This document shows, one piece after another, positions 54,227 through 64,000 of a DNA stretch of 64,000 bases (the stretch's first letter is position 1; each line of letters begins with the position of its first letter). Source of the stretch: the human T2T-CHM13v2.0 reference genome, Homo sapiens. The notes beneath the pieces are model-generated. The model saw nothing but the letters and a program-made list of their open reading frames with translations, was not told the origin of the DNA and searched no databases. Both the position numbers and the translations under genes were made by a program. The stretch is from the NCBI RefSeq assembly GCF_009914755.1, contig NC_060929.1. One strand, given 5' to 3'.

Positions 54227-55764
54227 TAAATCTAAAGCCATAATGATTCCATTGTTATGTCATGGTCATCACCTCAAATCAAAAGTGATGTCTTTTTCTA
54301 CTCAAGTTTTGGCTGCTATAACTGCAGCATTTAGTAACAATTAAAATGTATGTTTTATAAAATGGAAAACTTAAAAATGTCTCTTTGAAAACACTTTCCA
54401 TCTATTTACTGTCTATTCCACATATTCATTTTTATTGAAAAAGACACATTTCTGTCATTCACCTGATCATCACCTCCTTCATTTGCTGTGAGTAAATAAA
54501 ATGTACTAAGGACATCCTTTGTGTTGGAGTTAGCTCCCAAGTAAATAATATCCCTGGAAGGCAGTACAATTTTAGGAGAAATGTGCTTGCAAAAGAAGTA
54601 GAAGGAAAACAAGGGAAGTGTAAAATTGAGATTAGTCTAACTTGGATAGTATTTCCTTTCTAGCATGAAACATGAGAAAATAAATTTAGGATAAGTCCCA
54701 ACAAATAGCTTACACTTAATTCAATCTAGGGACAATTTTCTGTATGGCTGCATTTCAAATATTGCATTTTCTTCCCAGTAGTTTATTCCATTTATATAAT
54801 TGGTTCAACTATGTCAAAATAATGTTTTCTAACGGGTCTCACTATTTGTTTCTCTTTTACCCATGGAAAAAAAGTGAGATATCATGCATACTTATTCTGG
54901 TTATTAATGTAGAAAATAGTTTGAGAGCAGCTGTCATGATACTCTGAAATCTACATCCCTTTTTCTCCCCTCATCTGTTACCAACTAAAAGACTGTTTTC
55001 TTGCTCTTACTACTGGCCCTTTTTTGCTCACTCAGGACCTTTGCTTACATGTTGACTGAACATCTTCTTACATAGTTTTGTGTTTTTGTCCTCTGCTTTG
55101 TGGTGGGATGAACTGGTCATTGATTATAGAGCATCCCATTAAGAACCTAGCCATGGCGCTGGCCAGTGTGAATAATTCTTCTTCTCATTGCTGTATTCCA
55201 GCTCATGCTGGCCTAATCACAGGGAATCAACTTTTAAAAGCATAGTGAAGTATGTGTAAGAAGCTTCCCAGAAAGTGGCCTTAGACATGATTAATTCCAA
55301 ATATTTCCATTACTTGTATAATTTTCTGTGTACATGAATGATGTTATTGATAACGATTACTTTTTTTTATAATTACCATGATTTAGTTTGCACATGAAAA
55401 TGACAGTACTGTGATATCGGTCTGTTTATACTGTATATTTTGGACATTATGCCATGTATATGAGTTATCTTACTATTTTATAATTCCAAGAATGTGATGC
55501 ATACCAAAGCCCCCAATGTCTTGTTAAGAAACTGTTTCACAATGGAAATGATATGCATACTTTCTCCATTTTCACTGTAACTTATTTTATCCCAAGGAGG
55601 GAAACTAGCTATTTACAGAAGAATTGTAATAATTTCAAGTCATCAGATTATTGTATGCCTGTTAAGATAATTTCATATACGAAAAAAAAAGACATTCAGA
55701 AACTACTAAGAGATATGCATTAAAGCAGAGGTCAATACAACCATATAAAAAGAAAGTAAACCTT

Positions 55765-56080
55765 GGCTGAGTGCAGGGGCCCACGCCTGTAATCCCAACA
55801 TTTGGGGAGGCCAAGGCGGGAGGATCACTTGAGCTCAAGAGTTTAAGACCAGCCTGGGCAACAGAGATTTTGTCTCTAAAATAAAATTAAAATTAAAAAA
55901 TTAACCAAGCATGATGGTGCACACCTGTAGTCCCAACTACTGAGGAGGTTGAGGCAGGAGGATTGCTTGAGCCCAGGGGGTGAAGGTTTCACTGAATGGA
56001 GATGGTGCCTAGGCACTCCAGCCTCGGTGAAAGAATGAGACCCTGTCTCAAAAACAACAACAACAACCAAACAACAACAA
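55765..56080 (+). mobile_element. AluJ-like element
   Basis: Sense dimer with GGATTGCTTGAGCCCAGG, a (CAA)n tail, and TSD AAAAAGAAAGTAAACC (55747-55762 and 56081-56096). Confidence 0.93.
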
Positions 56081-56219
56081 AAAAAGAAAGTAAACCCATT
56101 TCATCAAATTGGCAGAGTTCATTGCAGTGTAATCAAAAAACTATTTTCTCAGTTGCCAACACCTTCAAACACAGTATATTGTGTCCTATAGATATTTGGT
56201 TACTTTAAGTATCTTTTTT

Positions 56220-56572
56220 TAAGAGTGTATATATATATATGTGTGTGTGTGTCTGTGTGTGTGTGTATGTATATATGTATATATACTCTTAAATATATAT
56301 TAAATAAATATAAATTACATATATTTATTATGTTAAATTAAGTATATATATATATAGTTGAATTAAACTGGAGTAGGGTTTTGCTGTTTTGTTATATATA
56401 TATTTATTTAATATTTATTTAATTTTTATTTATTTAATATATATTTAAGAGTATTAATATATATTAAAGTAATATATAAAAAAGTATATATATATGAGTA
56501 TATACTCTTTATATTATATTTAATATATACTCTTAAATATATATTAAATAAATATAAATTAAATAATATTAA

Positions 56573-56605
<33 letters not shown>

Positions 56606-56637
56606 AACAGCAAAACCCTACTCCAGTTTAATTCAAC
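56220..56637. repeat. TA-rich microsatellite complex with nested direct and inverted repeats
   Basis: Perfect 33-bp inverted repeat at 56357-56389 / 56605-56637. TATACTCTTAAATATATATTAAATAAATATAAATTA is present twice direct and once inverted. Confidence 0.92.
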
Positions 56638-56672
56638 AACCTCACATTCAATTTCAAGTTTTTAAGCCCTTG

Positions 56673-57344
56673 TGATATGGGAGCTGGGAAGGTAAGGGCG
56701 TAGTCTCTGGCTAGGGCTCCATCCCTGGGCCTATGCCTACCAACCTAGGTAAGGACAGGCATTTCTGTGTTCCTGCCCAAATGTTGCATTTCCCAAGACC
56801 ACCCTAGCCTGCCATGCCACCATCCTGTGCCAGGAGGTCATGGACCGGTGGAATGACTCAGAGTTTGGCCAGGGCAGTCAGAGGAGAGCCCGGCTGTTGA
56901 GCAGCCCGACTCCAGGGGAAAACCACCTGCCCACTCCATCTCCCCTCTGGCTCCCCAATCTGCTGAGAGCTACTTCCACTCAATAAAATCTTGCACTCAT
57001 TATCCAAGCCCACGTGTGACCCGATTCTTCCAGTACAAGAAGACAAGAAACTGCGGGATACAGAAAGCCCTCTGTCCTTGCGATAAGGCAGGGGGTCTAA
57101 TTGAGCTGACTAACACAAGCCATCTATGGAAGACTAAACTAAAAGATCACCCTGAAACACACTCCCACTGGGGCTTCAGGAGCTGTAAACATTTACCCCT
57201 AGACACTGCCATGGGGTCAGAGCCCCACAACCTGCCCATCTGCACGCTCCCCCTAGGGGTTTGAGCAGGCGGGCACTGAAGAAGAGAGCCACTTCCCCAT
57301 TGCATGTGTCCTGTGAGGGGGATAAGGGAACTTTTCCTGTTTCA
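56673..57344 (+). mobile_element. ERV1 solo LTR (LTR1/LTR27/LTR28 group)
   Basis: TG...CA termini, AATAAA at ~56982, perfect 4-bp TSD CTTG (56669-56672 and 57345-57348), and motif CCCAAATGTTGCATTTCCCAAGACCACCCT. Confidence 0.85.
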
Positions 57345-57581
57345 CTTGGTTCCTGTTTACTCTTTGGTTGGAGACCTTAAGTCAAGCAGTGCTATGTGTG
57401 GCTTTAGCTTGCACTTTGTCCCTGTTTATTTCATTCCTCCACTCTTCCTGTAGCTGTCTCCTCCAGGACAATGGATTGGAGGAAATGGAATTAGAGAAAA
57501 TCATGCAAATTCTGAAATCACTGGTGCTGCTGTGGTCTGAACATATGTACTATTCCATTTTATTTTATGTATTTTTTTTAG

Positions 57582-57973
<392 letters not shown>

Positions 57974-60905
57974 TCCAGCTTTTCTTTTCTCTTTCTTCAC
58001 CAGAGCAGTCATTCTCTGGGCAAAAGTTGCCAAGATGACTTTTCATGTATGAATCTAAGTGATGTTCACACAAGGCACAAAAATAGCATCATGACTCTTT
58101 GCCACATTAAATGATAGAAATGAGACCTAACTTATCTCTGTCCTTCCTCCTTTCCCTGAAATCACGAGTGGATTCCTGATATTGCTAAAGCTTTTCTTTT
58201 TTTCCTTCAAAAGGCAACTATTTTAATTATGATTATAGTTGATAGTCATAAAGAACATTTGGACTCCATGATCTATACACCCCTTGATGTTCTCAGCTCA
58301 CTGTATAATAAGATACCTGCATTCTCATAAACTTTTACTCTTATATTACCTTAGGTACTAGGAGAACACTAAGGAAAAGAATCTAAATTTTAAAAAATTT
58401 CAGGGAAGGACTCTTAGGGGTGATTATCACTAAGTTGTGTTCAGAAAATAAACAAGATCAACCAGGTTAAAAAAAAAAACAAACTAGTAGAAACAAATAA
58501 AGGAAACTATATCCTGAGTTCTAGTCTAAGAATTTCAAGTCATTCTTTATTGCACTTTCTTGTCAAAATAACTGTAATATCTACTCAGCCTGCCATTTTA
58601 TAGGCGATAAGCAACTACCTTAAGCCATGTGACTTTCTGGAAATTTGCCAGCAATGCTATTCTATTTTAAAGAAAAATTACACACAAATTGCCTATATAT
58701 TAAATACAAATAAAATATTTTGCATATCAGTATCAATTATATTGAAGGGCAGTAACATTCAGTTCAATTGATAACTCTTCTGCCTGGAGCTTTATAATAG
58801 TAGATTTAACAATTTCTTTTCCTTTAAGAGCATAGAAAAGAGTAAAAAATTCAATTTTAACTACAAATAAACAAATAACTCACACGTGTTTTTTAAAAAT
58901 AAGATCCTGTAAAATGCTCAGAAAATTGTATTTAATCTCTTAATAAGTGGTCCATGAGGTAGTTACTAGAATACAAAGCTACTTTATGTATCAGTCAATC
59001 TGACAGATACATTTAACATTAATCTAGTGTTCACTCAGGTATACAGAAGGATTTTCTTCATAAAATGTGTAAATCATTATTAGAAGTTTTAGACATTTAG
59101 ACTAAAAAATAATTTGGCTACTCTGTGGTATAAATCATTCATGTATGATAAACATATACGTATATTGCCACATTACTATAATATCAAGCCATCATTATCC
59201 ACAAGGCAAGATAAAAACATATCCAGAATTCTGAGCATTTGATAACAGTCATAATTTCCTAGAAAATAAAAACTGTTAAAAGCAAAATAACAGCTGTTTA
59301 CACTCATGTCCTTATAAATCAAAATTCATTTATTTGCTTTGAGTGAGACCATAGGAAAGAACCTGTTTTAAAAACGGGTTGTCTTATACATTGGATTTTA
59401 ATGCATGCTTTCAATTTTGGTGAGGACTTATGAATTAAAAATAGTTTTAAGAGATCCAAAAGAAAAAAATAAACAGTAATTTGAAGTCTTAAGCAATACC
59501 AATATAATTGCCTATTTCATAACAAATTGCTGTGAAAAATTGATTTGAATTAACTACCTGAAACATTCAATATGAATTAAACTGTAGAAAAATAAAAATG
59601 TTCAAATTTGTCCTTTATGTCTATAATGTACTTTTTAATGTTGGGTTCATGATTCTAACATAAAGCACTAGCTATGAATAGGCCATTTATAGGTCATGTA
59701 GAAATATTCTCATTCACCGTACACAATTAATTTTCTCCCTTATTTTCCAGACTCTCAAGTAGAGAGATTAATAACATAACAAAATTAATAACATACAAAA
59801 GCACAGTTCTTTATTGCATATCTTTTCTAAGTAAAAGCAAATATATGTAAAACTTGTGGAGGTTTTTTTTTTTTTTGCAAAATGATACATAAATTTGTTG
59901 TAGTGTTTTCAATTCTAGATACACAGATAGTCTTTGTTCTGTATTTCATCTTTAAAGAAGATAAATGCCTATATTGCAAGAAGATACATGTATTGCGAGC
60001 TTTTTCTTTTATCTATAGCGAATAATAAAAAAACTAATAATAATATAAAAGGTGACCATAAATAAGTATAATCTGAGAATGCATTAATATACAGGTATGT
60101 GTACATATATAGTACATACATACTGTGTATATATAGATTAGACATTTCATGGTAGATATCCTAAAATATTTATTGTAAAGCGGTGGAATTTCGTTGTTTC
60201 TTGCCCAGGAATATTTACTTTTGTATGAATGTTTTCATGTTATTAGCTGATTGATAACAGCATATTGGGTAGCAGCTATTTTGAATAAGAAATTCATTGT
60301 GTTTAAACGTGAGATGATAACTTAGATTCAAGGTAGAATGTTGTATTAGTCATGGTTCTCTTGAGGGACAGAACTAATGGAACATATATGTTACATATAT
60401 AATATATATAATATATTGATCATAATATGATCAATATTCATAAATATTCAATAAAATCAATAAATCTTATGTCACATGATAAAGGAGAAAGGACATAAAA
60501 TGAAGCTTTTTCTTAGTATAAGTGTATATATGCACTAACATGTTTATAACAAAAGGTGGAAATACTCATGACAGTTACAATCCTCGTTTCTGCAGCTGGT
60601 CACATGGTCGTAGCTGGTATTGGTGACTACCTTCTTCTACTACTCATTCTGTATTCCCTTTGCTTTCAGCAAGCACCTCAGCAGGTCATGGTTTTTTTCT
60701 TGGTGGAGTGACTCAAACCTTCATTTATGGTACTGGTAAGAGATGCCCTAAGGGATCTCCTACATTCCAAGTATACTCTTCCTTACCTCCATTGTGGAGT
60801 AGTAGACTGATTTCATCTTGATAGTCAGGGTCAATCACCCTAGCCAACACTGTAACTCCCTTTTCAATGTGTTGATTTAAAGGTAAGAAAAGCCCAAAGT
60901 GTACA

Positions 60906-61009
60906 GGTGGCAATTCTAACTTCTAGTTTAATGGAATTGTTGTTGTGTTTCCTGGTGGCAATTCTAACTTCTAGTTTAATGGAATTGTTGTTGTGTTTCC
61001 TGGTGGCAA
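60906..61009. repeat. Perfect 48-bp tandem duplication within the HERVL dUTPase region
   Basis: 60906-60953 is identical to 60954-61001, followed by a third GGTGGCAA at 61002-61009. Confidence 0.95.
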
Positions 61010-63869
61010 CCTTCCTCCCTCTGGAACTAAGACCTCTAAGCCAGCAGTATGTAATGTTGTAGGAAGAGGAAGCAAAAATCTTTCTAGTGGAGCATTAGAG
61101 GTGTTGGTGAGTGGTGTCACTTTGACTTCCACCCCTTGATTCCCGGACCCCTGAATCCTGGCTATGAGAGAAACAGTAGCATATATTGGATTCTGATTCA
61201 GAACATACATGGCCTTCTGGAGAATCTTGCCCCAGACCTGCAAAATGTTGTCACCTAGATGACATTGTAATTGTGACTTCCAAAGGCCATTCCATCTTTC
61301 TGTCAATCCAGCTGGTTCAGGATTATGGGGAACATGGTAGACTATTGAATTCCATGAGCATGAGCCCACTGCCACACTTCTTTAGCCATAAAGTAAGTGC
61401 CTTGGTCAGAGGCAATGCGGTGGGGAATACCATGACAGTGGATAAGGCATTCTATGAGTCCACGGATGGTAGTCTTGGCAAAAGTATTGCCATTCTCCAA
61501 GATCCATCTGTCTTCTGCAGGGGCCAAATGAGAGAGTTAAATGGGGATGTGGTGGGAATCACGACCCATGTGTCTTTCAAGTCTTTGATTGTGGCATTAA
61601 TTTCTGCAATCCCTCTAGGGATGTGATATTCTGTTTGACTTACTATTTTTCTAGGTAAAGGCAGCTCTAATGGCTTCCATTTGCCTTTCCCACCATAATA
61701 ACCCTTGCCCTACCAGTCAGGGAGCCAATGTGGGGATTCTGCCAGCTGTTGGGTATGTCTATTTCTGGCAGTGGGGAAATCAGCATAGGATGAGTCCGGG
61801 GACCCACTGGCACCACTGTAAGTCAAACCTGAGCTAAAGCTCCATTAATTACCTGACCTCCATAAGCCGCTAATTTAACTGGGGGACCACAATTACGTTT
61901 TGGGTTCCCTGGAATCAATGTCAGCTCAGAGCCAGTGTCTAGCAGTCCCTGAAATATCTGATCATTGCCCTTTCCCCAATGCACAGTTACCCTGGTAAAA
62001 GGCCAGAGGTCTCCTTGGGAAAGGATGGGAGAAAGATTCACTGAATAAATTATCAGGAATGTAGTGGAGTCCTTGCTCAAGGGGACACAGCCTCCCCTTC
62101 ATTCAAGGGGTTCTAGGTCTGTACACTAGCTCAAGTCTGGAAATTGATTGAGGGGCCGTGATTCTCTGTTTTTATAATTCAAATTAGCTTTTTTTTCCAT
62201 TCAACCTAAAAGTTTTCTGTTTATATAAATTAAGTAGGAATGCAGTAGACTTTCTATCAATTTCACTTCTAGGAACCCCATGATTAATTAGCCAATTCCA
62301 GAGCTCTACAAGAGTCAGACTATTCTGATTGCTGCTTTGACTCTGCTGTCCATTATGGTAGCTATGCTCACCTTGCCTTTCATGGTTGAGTGCTGCCACT
62401 TGGCCCCTGCCACGCTGGGATCCAATTATTCCCATTGTATTTAAATTTTATAGTTGAGTGACTGCAGTTCCCACTGTTAGATCTGACACACAGAGAAAAG
62501 TAATTACAGGACTCTTCAAAGATGCAGGTGCTGCCCTCACAAATCTGTTTCACAAGGCATTGGTCAACGGTATATTTTCTGGACCCTCCCAGTAGGTCTA
62601 AAGTGACCAATCCACTCCACCATCCCAATATTCCTAAGCCTTTGGATTCCTTCCTCTACATTAAATCAAGGGAGATCAGGCATTTTCAGCTCACTCACAG
62701 TGGACCATGTTTTAATCCATGTTTCAACTCACCAAGCAAATAAACTATTAGAACCTTTTTTTTAACTCTCTGAACTGCACATTAAGTGCAGAGTCCCTAC
62801 TTAGTGGGCCCAAATCAATAAATTCAGTCTGATCTAACTCTATGTTCCTTTTACCATGATTCTGCACCCTTAATATCCATTCCCAGGCCTGTTCTCCAGA
62901 TTTCTGTATAAATCAGAAAACTCAAGCAGTTCTTTTCGAGTGTAGTGCACCTCCTCATGGGTCGTGCTCTCAATCTCACCTCTAGGGGCCGGCCGGGACT
63001 TTAGTTATAGGTCTAGTAGCAAACAGGGATGTTGGCAGTAGCTCCTGTTTGCTACCAGAGGAGAATCTCCTGAGGAGAATCACCATTATCTTGCCTGAAC
63101 TGCCTCAAGGGAAGCCATCAGTGTTGCCTCAGGCAGCTCAGGGTTTATCTCCTCAGACAAAGGTAGAAAGGCTGATGGCACCATGGGTTGGGGAGCGGGT
63201 TGTTGCAACTAATGGGGATGGGGAAGCTGTTTCTTCTGGCAAAAAAGGTTCATCAGAGTTTACAAACTCTGTCCTCAGCTTCATCCAGGTCCTCCTCTAC
63301 GTCGCCATTCCAAGTAGCAGGGTCCCATTCTTTTCCCATGAATACTCTCACTTTAACAGTAGACACATGGCAAGGCTGTGCAGGCACCTTTCGTTGCAAG
63401 TCAGCCACTCTTATAATAAGAGTTTGTGTCTGTTTTTTCCAGAATTTCAGCTCTTTCTCTGTAGGAGATAAGACTCTCACTCAGGGCAAACTTAGCAGAT
63501 TTGAGGCTCAGTATCTGCTTCTGAAGCCAGGAGATAGAATCCCTGAATTCATCATTGTCTTTCATCACTTTGTCCACTGAAATTGGGAGAAACCAACCAG
63601 CTTCATTATGTTCCTTGGTTCTCCACATATGGTCAAAGGTATTAAGTATAGAGTCACTAAACTTCTTGCCTCTCATGGGCAATCAATCAGGAGTGTCAAA
63701 TGCATTTATTTTGTATAACTTTCTAAATAGTTCATGCCAAAGACTATCAGTGTTCTCTGTACTATTGGCAGTAGAGTCCTTAGCATTTTTAAGTCTTATC
63801 ATATTATGTGGCAACTCCAGAAACTCCAAAACCAATGATGAACTCCATCCTTAATATTCTATTCCTCTA

Positions 63870-63887
63870 GAACCACTCCTGATACCA
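63870..63887 (-). other. ERVL primer-binding site (tRNA-Leu type)
   Basis: Minus strand TGGTATCAGGAGTGGTTC a few bases after the 5' LTR end. Confidence 0.75.
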
Positions 63888-63937
63888 AACTCTGTATTAG
63901 TCAGGGTTCTCTAGAGGGACAGAACTAATGGAATATG

Positions 63938-63992
<55 letters not shown>

Positions 63993-64000
63993 GGGAGTTT

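Larger units (their letters stand above)
60342..64000 (-). mobile_element. HERVL provirus with MLT2A-type LTRs, internally deleted, continuing beyond the window
   Basis: LTR end TGTATTAGTCA.GGTTCTCT.GAGGGACAGAACTAATGGAA at 60342 (truncated 3' LTR) and 63893 (5' LTR). gag ~62100-63850, protease GLLDTGSELTLIPG, integrase HGIPHRIASDQGT, dUTPase-like VIDPDYQDEISLLLHN. Confidence 0.93.

Overview
AT-rich, gene-poor primate DNA, most likely human or another great ape (Alu, L1PA, THE1/MST, LTR7, HERVL). No intact spliced host gene is evident and almost all ORF-track entries are spurious or repeat-derived. The main feature is a ~3.74 kb L1-mediated retrocopy at 15568-19308, bounded by a 9-bp TSD (GAAAATATG) and splitting an old L2. 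It records one chimeric mRNA: GC-rich leader, LSP1 coding exons, STRN exons 2-4 (in frame with LSP1, 129-aa ORF), antisense ANKRD36 exon 1 with its CpG island, an antisense VNTR-Alu-L1 module resembling the 3' half of the gibbon LAVA retrotransposon, and an LTR7 (HERV-H) fragment supplying the poly(A) site. From memory this resembles the annotated LSP1P3 / striatin-pseudogene locus on human 5p (not verified). Other highlights are an L1PA with a ~0.9 kb 3' transduction and a large internal deletion inside a 17-bp TSD, a young 128-bp inverted duplication, fold-back inverted repeats at TA-rich microsatellites, a near full-length old L1MA, and a deleted HERVL provirus running off the right end. 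Family and gene assignments come from recalled consensus and protein sequences, not from searches.
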